Positions 43,212 to 52,444 of a stretch of 64,000 nt of DNA are shown here, piece after piece; the stretch's first letter is position 1, and every line of letters begins with the position of its first letter. The notes under the pieces are model-generated. The model saw only the letters and a program-made list of their open reading frames with translations. It did not search any database and had not been told where the DNA came from. Source of the DNA: a virus. Position numbers and translations under genes: made by a program. The stretch covers positions 1 to 64,000 of IMG/VR virus record IMGVR_UViG_3300045988_173726, one strand, 5' to 3'.

Positions 43212-46200
43212 ATGCTTTGGACAACGGGGACATACACGGATAATCAGACTTATAGCGTGATAGCTTGCATAGATAAGCAGTATTCCGAGGTTATAATCGG
43301 GTTTAGCGGGAAGGTAATATCCGCGTATAAGCTGGAAGGTCTTAGGGACGAGTATTTAGCGGGAAGTCCGATGGCGAAAGAGGTTTATAAGACTTTGAAG
43401 CGCGGGATAGGCGGTTGTAAGTCAAGTAACGGAGTCCCTGTGCCGTTTCAGCTAGGGGCGTGTGTAGAGCATAGTTTTCAGAGGGCTGGGGTAGATTTTT
43501 CGATACGGCGGTTTAACAGTGGTTTATGCGGGGCGTATATAGCGTCCCGCAACTTTACGCTTGACTTAAGTTTAGCGAGTTCTGCGCCGAGTGGTCTTAA
43601 TTTGCCGTATGTGAAGTTAGCGAAAGAGGCGAGTGACGCAAGCTTTGACGCAAGTAGCACATATGTCCGTCCGCTTGAGGAGATAGGTTTATTTAAGGAC
43701 ATAAGTTGGCTAAAGGATAAGCGGTATAAGGTTGTAACGGACGAGCGGGAAGCGGAGGAGTTGTTTAGCCGCATTGAGGAGAAGATACGGACAAACCCGA
43801 ACACGCCGATAGCGTTTGATACGGAGACAACGGGCTTAAAGATAAATATGTTCGGGAAGATAGGCTCGGAGCAGGCAGAGGAGCTTAAGCGGTATAACGA
43901 GAGTGTAGGGAAGTCGAAGCAGAAAGGGGTAGATAAGCTAGTCGGGTTTATTTACTGCCTAGAGCCGAATGTGAGTTATTATTTCCCCGCAGGGAATAGG
44001 AAGTTTCATAACTTGTATTCTGACATAAACGCCCCTTTAACGAAACAGACAGCGGATAGGATAAAGGTAGATTATACGGTAGGAAGGTTTCGTAGTCGGG
44101 ATGACGACATGGCGAGGTATATCCGAAGGACTAGGGTAGAGGATTTCGGGTGTGATGTCATTTTGATGGAGCGAAACAGGGATATACTGGAGAAAGGGTA
44201 TTTAGTCGGACATAACGGCACATTCGATGCGAAGGTAGCCTATTTATACAGCATAGACATAAACTTCCGCGAAGATAGCATGATATTGCATCAGCTTGTT
44301 TACAAGTTCCGTTCTACGACAAGCAACCGAGGTGAGAGTTCTGCATTAAAGTACTTGGTAAAGCGGGAGTTTGGAGTAGACCAGCTTGAGCTTACAGACT
44401 TTTTCGACCCGAATGCGTATAGTACGACAAAGACAAAGAAGAAGGAGTTAGGGATTGACTTCTCGTATATGGATTTAGCGGGGTCAACAGCGTATGCGCC
44501 AGCAGACGGAGATTTTACGCTACAGTTGTTTATCAGATATAAGAGTGCGCTTCTTAGTAAGTTCAAATCACTTGAGTATATTTACTATGTGGAGGTGCTT
44601 GTAAGTCTCGCGATAGCGTATATGGAGTTTTACGGCTATCGTATAAACGAAGAGAAGATAGATGCGACTCGTGACAAGTATTTAGTGCAGAAAGCGGAGC
44701 TTGAGCATAAGATACGACAGATGGTAGGATATTCGACCGAGAAAGAGGAAGCGGTGTTTGCGTCTTTAGCGGGGGCGGCAGACAGAGAGGCGAAGATGGG
44801 GGTATTGCCAGAGGCTATAGCGGTTATGGCAGATAGTGAGAACGCCTTAAATTTGACTTCGCCTATAAAGGTAGCAGAGCTGTTTTATGATGTGCTTAAA
44901 ATGCCGATGGGGGAAAAGAAGTCAGTCAGTAAGACAGCGCTTGCGGGGCTAAGTAAGCAAGCGGGTAAGAACGGGGAGATAGTTCGGGTTTATCAAGAGT
45001 GGAAAGGCGTGGATACGCTCCTCACTAAGTTTTTCGGTAGGTTACAGGAGTTTATGTACCCGAACGGGTTTATTTTCTCGCATTTCGGTCAGATAAGTAC
45101 GGCGACAGGTCGAATGAGTTGCAGTAGCCCGAACGCACAGCAGTTTCCGAAGTCGATTACGGCGATAATCGAGCCGAGGAAAGATTGTGTAATGTTTGAC
45201 GCAGACTTTTCGCAGATAGAGTATCGGACGCTGGTTGCTCTTGCGGGTGAGGAATCGTTAAAGGAGAAGTTTAGAGACCCCGACATGGATTATCACACGA
45301 CTATGGCGAGTTTAATGTATGGGGTAGATTACGCTTCTGTTACACCGAAGCAGAGAGGCGAGGCGAAAGGCTTTAACTTTGGTATACCCTACGGCATGGG
45401 AATCACTTCTCTAACGATAAGGTTATTTGGAACAGCTACGAAGGAGAATATTGAGGCGGCGAAAGAGAAGTACGAGTTATATTTCAGAGACCAGCCGAAT
45501 GTCAGAAAGTTTTTTGCGAATGTCAAGGAGTCGGCGGAGGTTTACGGGTATACGGAGACGAAGTGGCACAGGAGGCGGTATTATTCGTTTAGGGATAAGG
45601 ACGGGAATTTAAGCAGTAAGGCAAAGGCTTCTGCGCTAAGGCAGGCAGGAAACGCGGTAATACAGGGAACGGCGGCAGATATATTCAAGATTTCGGTCGC
45701 TCGGAATTTCAGCTATATCCGTAGGAACGGGCTAATGGGGAAGCTGTTTATCGTGAATATGATACACGATGAGCAGTTAATGGAATGTAATGTAAAAGAG
45801 TTAAATCCGAAGCGTGTATTAGCGGATGTAGTGCAGAATATGGAGTTGAAGCTAGACGGATTCCCGCCGTTGTATGTAGGAGCGGGAGTAGGGTTATCTT
45901 GGAAAGACGCGAAGGGAAAGATGGCAGAGATACATCCCGACCTAGCGAACGAGTATATCGAAGAATCAAAGGGTACATCGATATTTAGAGGCGAGGATAG
46001 TGTATCGGAGAGTCCAGAAGATGTATTAAGCTACTTTAACGAGCGTGTAGTAGACTTTAGAGTACGGAAGATAACGAAGTATGTCTTAGACAAGGGGAAT
46101 TGGGGAAAGCCGATACATCCTGTCATCGGAAATTTGTTATCTTTGCAGTTTGACTACGGAGTAAACGAAGAGGTAGCGGCGAAGTATACAGAGGCAAACG

Positions 46201-46718
46201 GGTATACGAAAGACGAGATAGCGGAAGCGAAGAAGAACATCCCGACCGAGCAGTTAAAGCGGTTTATGGTAGATAAGGGGATAGCGGTAAATCCAGATAA
46301 CTTTAGGTCGGCAGAGGTAGAGCATGAGGTAGAGTCGGATAAAGTTTACGAGGACGAGAGCGAAGAAGAGGGCTTAGAGGAAGCCGAGGCAGAGGAGTAT
46401 AACGAGTTTAAGCTAATAGATGAGAGCAAGGCAGTGTTTGGGGTGGGTATTACGGAGTTGGTGAGTCGGTTCAAGGTCTTTGTTTCCGAGAGCCGAGGGA
46501 TATGCGGGATAGACAGTGAGTTTCTGCGAGGTCTTAAAGACAGAGAGGGTTTAATCGCCTATTTGAATGAGCATCTTTGCGAAAAGGGTGTGGACGGGAG
46601 CATGGAGCTTATGATGTTGGTAGGTGGGGGAGCTTTAACGCATTCTGGACAGTATATAAGAGGGGTAACGCGGGATGAGATGCTAAGAGTGGCGAGAGGG
46701 ACTGTGCGTACCGCTTAA
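43212..46718 (+). CDS. Family A DNA polymerase with 3'-5' exonuclease domain and long terminal extensions
   Basis: Exo motifs: AFDTETTGL, GHNGTFDAKV, YAPADGDFTLQL. Pol motifs: DADFSQIEYRTLVALAG (A), RGEAKGFNFGIPYGMG (B), VNMIHDEQL (C). About 190 aa precede the exo domain. About 280 aa follow the palm, including an acidic stretch ESDKVYEDESEEEGLEEAEAEEY. Confidence 0.9.
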   Translation: MLWTTGTYTDNQTYSVIACIDKQYSEVIIGFSGKVISAYKLEGLRDEYLAGSPMAKEVYKTLKRGIGGCKSSNGVPVPFQLGACVEHSFQRAGVDFSIRRFNSGLCGAYIASRNFTLDLSLASSAPSGLNLPYVKLAKEASDASFDASSTYVRPLEEIGLFKDISWLKDKRYKVVTDEREAEELFSRIEEKIRTNPNTPIAFDTETTGLKINMFGKIGSEQAEELKRYNESVGKSKQKGVDKLVGFIYCLEPNVSYYFPAGNRKFHNLYSDINAPLTKQTADRIKVDYTVGRFRSRDDDMARYIRRTRVEDFGCDVILMERNRDILEKGYLVGHNGTFDAKVAYLYSIDINFREDSMILHQLVYKFRSTTSNRGESSALKYLVKREFGVDQLELTDFFDPNAYSTTKTKKKELGIDFSYMDLAGSTAYAPADGDFTLQLFIRYKSALLSKFKSLEYIYYVEVLVSLAIAYMEFYGYRINEEKIDATRDKYLVQKAELEHKIRQMVGYSTEKEEAVFASLAGAADREAKMGVLPEAIAVMADSENALNLTSPIKVAELFYDVLKMPMGEKKSVSKTALAGLSKQAGKNGEIVRVYQEWKGVDTLLTKFFGRLQEFMYPNGFIFSHFGQISTATGRMSCSSPNAQQFPKSITAIIEPRKDCVMFDADFSQIEYRTLVALAGEESLKEKFRDPDMDYHTTMASLMYGVDYASVTPKQRGEAKGFNFGIPYGMGITSLTIRLFGTATKENIEAAKEKYELYFRDQPNVRKFFANVKESAEVYGYTETKWHRRRYYSFRDKDGNLSSKAKASALRQAGNAVIQGTAADIFKISVARNFSYIRRNGLMGKLFIVNMIHDEQLMECNVKELNPKRVLADVVQNMELKLDGFPPLYVGAGVGLSWKDAKGKMAEIHPDLANEYIEESKGTSIFRGEDSVSESPEDVLSYFNERVVDFRVRKITKYVLDKGNWGKPIHPVIGNLLSLQFDYGVNEEVAAKYTEANGYTKDEIAEAKKNIPTEQLKRFMVDKGIAVNPDNFRSAEVEHEVESDKVYEDESEEEGLEEAEAEEYNEFKLIDESKAVFGVGITELVSRFKVFVSESRGICGIDSEFLRGLKDREGLIAYLNEHLCEKGVDGSMELMMLVGGGALTHSGQYIRGVTRDEMLRVARGTVRTA

Positions 46719-46751
46719 GGTATAAAATAAACTTCTAGGAGGTAGTGGGAA

Positions 46752-48413
46752 ATGTCATCTGTGCGAGAGTTTTCATTTGACGAGAGTAGGCTTGGGGAGA
46801 GTAAGGGGTATGTATTAGCGGGGATTACAACAGACGCTAATAATAAGCTAAGTAGTGTGCTGTTGTATGACAGGGCTTCTACGGGAAGTCGATTGTTACA
46901 GCTTTCAGTGAATAACGGAGTGAAAGGGTATGAATTACCGTTACGCCATATAAAGTGGTTTGTGGATAATACAGACGGGCTTAAGATGAGCGAGAGCGAC
47001 GAGGTAGAGGTAGATGGCGATATATCTCGCTATCCGATTCTTGGGCGTTTACGGGAAGGCTGGAGCGAAGAGGGTGTTGTAATTTCTGGTGGAAACGCGA
47101 ACCTAGTAATTACAGAGAAGAGAGGTCATGAGTATAAGGGAGTTATTCTCGTTAATAAGGCTCCTACAAGTTATATTGCGGGAGTATCATTTAAGGATAA
47201 TGATTTAAGCAGTATAGGTGAGACATTTAAGCCTAAGAGTCCGTTTAGCAGTGCGCCGCCGTCCATTCCGAATAGCGTGCTTTGCGATATGTATGACCGA
47301 ATACAAGACATAGAGCATATTTTGGGATATAAGAGTTATGACGAGAATTTCTACTTAGATTTGTCTTACCAAGCAAAGCTGTTTGGTGTGAACTTTGAAG
47401 GTATCTATCCTATCGATTCATCTGTCAACAAGTTCGCAGAGTTTTCGTTTGCTGGGTTTTCTAAAAAGAGGGCTGTTAAGTTCAACTGGGATAAAATTAG
47501 TATCCTTGAGTGGGTGTCGCAGATAAATAGGGACTACGGTGCAGATTTGGGATTTGATAGCGAGCTTGGAGTATTATACCGTAACAACTTATCAAGTAGT
47601 AGGAAACCAAAAGTTCCGAGTATCACGACTTTAGAAATTCCAGAGGGAGTTCGAGCAATCGGTGGAGAGGCATTTAGTGGGTTTACCGAAATAGCTGGAG
47701 TTTATTTTCCAGATAGCTTGGTAGAGATAGGCGAGGATGCTTTTAGAGGCTGTGGTTTAACGGAGGCAAACTTTGGGTGTTCACTGATAACGATACGGAG
47801 CGGTGCATTTGCGGACAATAATCTTAGCAGAGTTATTCTTCCTCCGAGCCTAGTGAATGTAGGTAAGGGCGCGTTTAGTGGTAACAGTGAGATTAAACAG
47901 GCTATTATCTATAGGACAGGTCTTAGCGTTGCAACAGTCGGGGATGTGCAGAGGTTAATCCAGCTTAGAGGTGATAAAGAGGCAGTAAAGAGTTTAGCTG
48001 TTGCGGATGAGCTAGAGGGAGTGTATGTACAAAGTCCTTCGCACTTAATTGCGCTAGAGTCAGCATATAGAGACACAGTTCTTAAGAAAGTTCCAGAGCA
48101 GTATAGGGACGAGGCTATAAGGTATTTATCTGAGATAGCAAGTATGGAGTTGTGCGAGGAGTTAGGAATAAAGAAGTATAATCTAACGACTGCACAGGTC
48201 TTAGCAAGTGAAAGTGAAAAGGAACAGCGGGCTTGGAGTAAGTATACTGGAGCAAGTAAGCTGGGGGCTAAGAAATCAGAATCCTCGGGGGATAAGAAGA
48301 TGGAAGAGGTCTTGCAGGACTTAGAGGAGAAGTTTGGAACAAAGGGTTCAGCGGAGACTATAGCCTATCTAAAGAGTTTACTGGCAACGCTTACAGGAGA
48401 GAATCGCTACTAA
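46752..48413 (+). CDS. N-module + BspA-type leucine-rich-repeat protein
   Basis: N-terminus GYVLAGITTDANNKLSSVLLYD... is module-like. LEIPEGVRAIGGEAFSGFTEIAGVYFPDSLVEIGEDAFRGCGLTEANFGCSLITIRSGAFADNNLSRVILPPSLVNVGKGAFSGN matches BspA/LRR_5-type repeats. Confidence 0.75.
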   Translation: MSSVREFSFDESRLGESKGYVLAGITTDANNKLSSVLLYDRASTGSRLLQLSVNNGVKGYELPLRHIKWFVDNTDGLKMSESDEVEVDGDISRYPILGRLREGWSEEGVVISGGNANLVITEKRGHEYKGVILVNKAPTSYIAGVSFKDNDLSSIGETFKPKSPFSSAPPSIPNSVLCDMYDRIQDIEHILGYKSYDENFYLDLSYQAKLFGVNFEGIYPIDSSVNKFAEFSFAGFSKKRAVKFNWDKISILEWVSQINRDYGADLGFDSELGVLYRNNLSSSRKPKVPSITTLEIPEGVRAIGGEAFSGFTEIAGVYFPDSLVEIGEDAFRGCGLTEANFGCSLITIRSGAFADNNLSRVILPPSLVNVGKGAFSGNSEIKQAIIYRTGLSVATVGDVQRLIQLRGDKEAVKSLAVADELEGVYVQSPSHLIALESAYRDTVLKKVPEQYRDEAIRYLSEIASMELCEELGIKKYNLTTAQVLASESEKEQRAWSKYTGASKLGAKKSESSGDKKMEEVLQDLEEKFGTKGSAETIAYLKSLLATLTGENRY

Positions 48414-48472
48414 AGCGAGAGATGGCAAAGATATGGAGCTTTCTTAAAGGGAGCAAAAGAGAGGAGAATTAA

Positions 48473-48910
48473 ATGTCAGACATTTTAAGCCTCACATCGG
48501 AAATAGACATCGCGGAAGAGGTATCGAAGGAGCGGGTCGGGACAGCGGTCGTGCAGACAGCGGACGGTATCGTTTATCCGTGCCTAGTGATACGGGCAGA
48601 TAAGCCGAGTATGCGGGTAACGGAGGTAGCGATAGAGGGCTTGCTTGATTTAATTCATTCGTGTTGGTATACGGACGAGGATAAGGAGAACGGTCTTAAG
48701 GACGATAGCCTGAATGTTTATATAGCGACTCCGAGTGGAGCAGGGAAGCTCGGGCGCGGGTCGTTTGCGAAGTTGTATCGGTATTTGAACAGTTTTACGC
48801 ATAACTTAATCAGTGAGGCGGCGAGTGTTTATTATTTTGAGGCAGAGGGTAAGAAGGAGCGGATAGATAAGTTAAACGCGAAGTGTCCGAGAGTATGGTT
48901 GGATTTGTGA
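48473..48910 (+). CDS. Hypothetical protein
   Basis: 145-aa ORF with RBS AGAGGAGAA. No recognisable motif. Confidence 0.6.
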   Translation: MSDILSLTSEIDIAEEVSKERVGTAVVQTADGIVYPCLVIRADKPSMRVTEVAIEGLLDLIHSCWYTDEDKENGLKDDSLNVYIATPSGAGKLGRGSFAKLYRYLNSFTHNLISEAASVYYFEAEGKKERIDKLNAKCPRVWLDL

Positions 48911-48925
48911 GACAGGATTACAGGG

Positions 48926-48958
48926 ACGGGGTACGGCGAATGCCGCGCCCCGTTTTTA
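48926..48958 (+). terminator. Rho-independent terminator
   Basis: ACGGGG...CCCCGT is the outer stem with an inner GGC-GAAT-GCC, followed by TTTTT. Confidence 0.8.
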
Positions 48959-48981
48959 GTTTGCTTTTAGGTTGATTTAGC

Positions 48982-49010
48982 TTGACTAGTTGGTAACAGT
49001 AGGCTAAGAT
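48982..49010 (+). promoter_or_regulatory. Sigma-70-type promoter TTGACT-17-TAAGAT
   Basis: TTGACT (48982-48987), a 17-nt spacer, then TAAGAT (49005-49010). Confidence 0.65.
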
Positions 49011-49042
49011 GTAGTTAAAAGTATCTTTATAAGGAGGCAGGG

Positions 49043-49930
49043 ATGGGGAGAAAGTTAGACGAGAGGACAAGAGAGGTAACAGGACTGATTGCGGGGATTT
49101 CGTCCTGTGAGAAAGCGTTAGAGGATGCGGTAGCGCGGAGAGCGCCGTCTAATGAGGTGATACGGTGGTATAACGGTGCTATGACAGCTCCTAGAGCTAG
49201 GAAAGAGTATCTTCCTCGGGCTAGGAAGCAGTTGTCTTTGAGTGCAGTCGAGTTTATGGGTGCGCTTGTAGGAGATATTTCCGAGAAAGTAGACTTAAGC
49301 AAAGTTTTTACAGAATATGAGGCAGCAAAGATTATGGGAAACGCCTTGGGAGCTGTTTGCGGGACGATGACAGCGTTTATTAAGCAAAATCGCAAATATT
49401 ACTTAGGTATTTTAGGGGCTTTTGCTTTGATGCTGTTATACGGAGTATCAAGCAAGAGCTTTCTACTGCCACTGTCTGTCACCTATCTGGTAAGTCTTTT
49501 GATTATCGCACATTTTGTCTTAAATACGCTTTTTCGGTATACGAAAGAGAAAAGTCGTGTAGATAAGACTTTGTACTTGCAGGATAGAGTCGGGAGTGCG
49601 GTGTTTAATAGCTTAAGTGAGGAGCAGATAGGCATAGTAAGGTATCTGTATTCCGAGCGGGTTTTAGCAGAGCAGAATCTAACCGAAAGTATAATTGCAG
49701 TAACTAGACTTGAGGAATACGGGTATAGAAACGGAGACAGTATAGGCGGTTTTTCCGAGGAGTTAGACAGGGAGATTGAGGAAGCATTAGAAGAGCTTGC
49801 TGGCAAGTTTATCTGGAACACGGTTTTAAGCGTGTCTACAGGACGGTCAGCGGATTATCTTGATTGTATAAGAATCAAGAGGTGGTTTATAAAGGAGAGT
49901 GGTGAGAGTGGAGAAAGTGCTAACGCTTGA
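49043..49930 (+). CDS. Membrane protein 1 of 4 (soluble helical N-terminus + 2 TM)
   Basis: RBS AAGGAGG. TM segments YYLGILGAFALMLLYGV and LLPLSVTYLVSLLIIAHFVL. Confidence 0.7.
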   Translation: MGRKLDERTREVTGLIAGISSCEKALEDAVARRAPSNEVIRWYNGAMTAPRARKEYLPRARKQLSLSAVEFMGALVGDISEKVDLSKVFTEYEAAKIMGNALGAVCGTMTAFIKQNRKYYLGILGAFALMLLYGVSSKSFLLPLSVTYLVSLLIIAHFVLNTLFRYTKEKSRVDKTLYLQDRVGSAVFNSLSEEQIGIVRYLYSERVLAEQNLTESIIAVTRLEEYGYRNGDSIGGFSEELDREIEEALEELAGKFIWNTVLSVSTGRSADYLDCIRIKRWFIKESGESGESANA

Positions 49931-50909
49931 TAAAGACAATACAGCTGGGGTTTTCAGCGAATTATATGAGAAAAGAGAGGAAAAGGGAGAGAGCGCTAAA
50001 GAGGTTATAACAGAGCCTACGCTAGAAAGCCGAGCCGTAGCTTGTAAAGAGGCTCTAGCAGAGTATTTAACTCTTTCTAGAGGTCTTAACTCGGTATTTG
50101 TGCTGGATAGAGAGAAGTTCATAAAGTCAAGGCTTCGTCCCGCAGGGAAGGCGCTTTACGAGAGGGAGAAGGAGTTTCAGAGAGCGCTTCTTAACGATGC
50201 AGAAATAGGTATGAGTTTATTTAGCGAGACAGCGAGTGTTCCAAGTTACGAAGAAGTGGCGAGAGAGATGTGTGCGAAGTCGGTATCTCCGCTCCCGCAG
50301 ATAGTGCTAACGCTTGCGGTTTTAGTTGTAGCCTTTGTTGAGAGTTTTGTTAGCTTTAATACAGTAGACGCATCTGTGTTGAGTAGTTGTGTAGCTGGTG
50401 TTATTGCTTTTTCAACTTTCTTATTCTTAATCGGGTTGTTTGGTTCTAGGAGTGCATTAGATAGTATAGAGTCTACGCGAGTGTGTGAGGACGATGTTAG
50501 CAAGAGATATAACACAAAGTACAACTTAGCCAGAGGCACTGGAATCACGGAGAGCCTAAATAACTGTATTTCAGCAGAGGTGCGAGATACGATAAAGCGT
50601 TTAGTTGACGCAAATGAGTTTAAGTCATTAAGTTCGTTAGACGATTCCATATCTTACGAGGCGTTGGCAAGTTATGTGAAAGATAGAGCGCTGTGCGTGC
50701 GTTTATCTATGGAGGGCGGCAGTGGTTTAATTAAGAGGATTGAGAGTTATGCTCCCTATAAGCTTATATCAGCTCGGGAGCGGCTTACGGTATTGCAGAA
50801 TTACAGCAAAGGAAATTGTGATTACAGTCGTATAGGAAGTGGCGAAAGCTTATTTTCGCATATAGACCTCGTATCTGATGTAGTAGCGGTAAGAGAGGGG
50901 AGTAGATGA
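49899..50909 (+). CDS. Membrane protein 2 of 4
   Basis: Overlaps the upstream gene by 32 nt. TM segments IVLTLAVLVVAFVESFV and VAGVIAFSTFLFLIGLFG. Confidence 0.65.
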   Translation: MVRVEKVLTLDKDNTAGVFSELYEKREEKGESAKEVITEPTLESRAVACKEALAEYLTLSRGLNSVFVLDREKFIKSRLRPAGKALYEREKEFQRALLNDAEIGMSLFSETASVPSYEEVAREMCAKSVSPLPQIVLTLAVLVVAFVESFVSFNTVDASVLSSCVAGVIAFSTFLFLIGLFGSRSALDSIESTRVCEDDVSKRYNTKYNLARGTGITESLNNCISAEVRDTIKRLVDANEFKSLSSLDDSISYEALASYVKDRALCVRLSMEGGSGLIKRIESYAPYKLISARERLTVLQNYSKGNCDYSRIGSGESLFSHIDLVSDVVAVREGSR

Positions 50910-51850
50910 GTGTAATGGAGCTTACGAAGAACGCTCCGAAAGATGAAGAGAGTTCGGAGCGGGTAGGTCTTTTCAGCAGTTTATTTTCTGGAGATAACAG
51001 GGAAGAGTCACAGTATGGGTTAGCATTCTTAGAGAGTGAGCGGGAGCGGATAGATAGGCTAGCGAAGGTAGCAGAGGGCGAGTTAGACAGGCAGGGAAGC
51101 AGTATTGTGGAGCGGCATAAAGCGGCGAGTGCGCTCCTTAGTGATGTAATGGGGAGTAATGCGTTTAACTGGGGTTTAGTTAGTGCAGTAAAGGAGCTGT
51201 TAGCAGGAAATAACGAGAAAATAGCGCGGGATAAGAGCAAGATAGCGACTAGCATTAAAAATGATTATGTTAATATTGCCTTACTTGTAGTGGCAATGTT
51301 TTTAGTTGGTCTTGAACTTCTGGGTACGCCAGTTGGATTTGTTGTAGCAATAGTTTTGATTTATATTGCTTTGCTAAATAACTCAAAGAAGATTACTATA
51401 TCAAGAGTTCTGGGGTATCTAGTGATTTCAGTCACGCACGGTAGCGTTATTGTACCGATTTTAGCAAGTATTTTAGAAAGCAGTTGGAATATCACCGAAA
51501 TAGGTGTTCTTATATTGGTGCTTCTTTCTGCTATGTTTTGGCTCGGGTTGGTTTTGCCTTTAAGTGGAGTCATAGAAGATTCAGTACCGGTGGTAACCAA
51601 GCGAGAGCCGAGGCAGTGTTTAATAAACAAGGGAGTATCTGAATACGCTTTGTCTGTGATAAAGAGGTGTTTTGACGCTGGAGTGATTTCGGATAGTAGT
51701 TTTAGTGCAGAAGCCGAAGATACAGCGAGCGGTGACGATGTTTATAAAAGAGTTCCCGAGAGAGTTCGAGTAAGCGCGTTAATTGCAGTTTTGCATGGTG
51801 ATACAGGGAGTCTTTCGTTAAGAGCGCTTGAGCGAGGGGTCGGGGTATGA
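50906..51850 (+). CDS. Membrane protein 3 of 4 (about 4 TM)
   Basis: The start overlaps the upstream stop (ATGA). TM segments IALLVVAMFLVGLELL, FVVAIVLIYIALL, LVISVTHGSVIVPILASIL, GVLILVLLSAMFWLGLVL. Confidence 0.7.
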   Translation: MSVMELTKNAPKDEESSERVGLFSSLFSGDNREESQYGLAFLESERERIDRLAKVAEGELDRQGSSIVERHKAASALLSDVMGSNAFNWGLVSAVKELLAGNNEKIARDKSKIATSIKNDYVNIALLVVAMFLVGLELLGTPVGFVVAIVLIYIALLNNSKKITISRVLGYLVISVTHGSVIVPILASILESSWNITEIGVLILVLLSAMFWLGLVLPLSGVIEDSVPVVTKREPRQCLINKGVSEYALSVIKRCFDAGVISDSSFSAEAEDTASGDDVYKRVPERVRVSALIAVLHGDTGSLSLRALERGVGV

Positions 51851-51865
51851 AGCCGACCCCTTTTT
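51836..51865 (+). terminator. Rho-independent terminator overlapping the stop codon
   Basis: GGGGTCGG (51836-51843) pairs with CCGACCCC (51853-51860). The loop contains the TGA stop, and TTTTT follows. Confidence 0.8.
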
Positions 51866-51913
51866 GTATCGTCTAGCGGGGGACAGGGCGCGTTCTGTCC
51901 TGTATAATTTATG

Positions 51914-51942
51914 TTGACTGACTTTTAATTAGGTGGTAAGAT
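51914..51942 (+). promoter_or_regulatory. Sigma-70-type promoter TTGACT-17-TAAGAT
   Basis: TTGACT (51914-51919), a 17-nt spacer, then TAAGAT (51937-51942). These are the same hexamers as the promoter at 48982. Confidence 0.65.
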
Positions 51943-51962
51943 AGAGACAAGTTAGGTAGAGC

Positions 51963-52385
51963 ATGGGGCTTTTCCGAAAAGGGGGTACGGTCATGGCAGG
52001 AAAGCGGAGTGTAAGTTTATCGGAATCTGTTAAGAGAAGCGTAGCGGAGCAGAGATACCTTACAGTAAAAGGGGCGTTGTTCGAGATAGTTCGAGTGATA
52101 GAAGAAGGAAGTGCTACTGCTTTACGGGTTGCAGAGCTTATCGTGTCAGTGTTCCTATCGCTTGCGGTTTGTAATGTGGTGGGTGAGTTGAATCCCGATA
52201 AAAGCATATGGGTATATAACTGTATGTTTGGCTGTGCGTGGGTTTTAGCGGCGACGGCGGTGATGCCTTATGCGGTAATGGTGGTAGGGAATCTGTTTCG
52301 GGTTATAGGCGCTGTTTTGCGTGGTGTAGCTGTTTATGTTAGGCGTTTATTTGTCGCAGAGCGTAGAGAGTTTGACCGATATTAA
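51963..52385 (+). CDS. Membrane protein 4 of 4 (alternative start ATG 51993)
   Basis: TM segments AELIVSVFLSLAVCNVVG and FGCAWVLAATAVMPYAVMVVGNLF. The in-frame ATG at 51993 has the better RBS (AAGGGGG). Confidence 0.65.
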   Translation: MGLFRKGGTVMAGKRSVSLSESVKRSVAEQRYLTVKGALFEIVRVIEEGSATALRVAELIVSVFLSLAVCNVVGELNPDKSIWVYNCMFGCAWVLAATAVMPYAVMVVGNLFRVIGAVLRGVAVYVRRLFVAERREFDRY

Positions 52386-52410
52386 GGATATACCAGACAG
52401 ATTTCGAGGC

Positions 52411-52442
52411 GGGGCGGGAGCAAAAGACCCGTCCCGATTTTT
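52411..52442 (+). terminator. Rho-independent terminator
   Basis: GGGGCGGG pairs with CCCGTCCC (one G-T pair) around a 9-nt loop, followed by GATTTTT. Confidence 0.7.
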
Positions 52443-52444
52443 GT

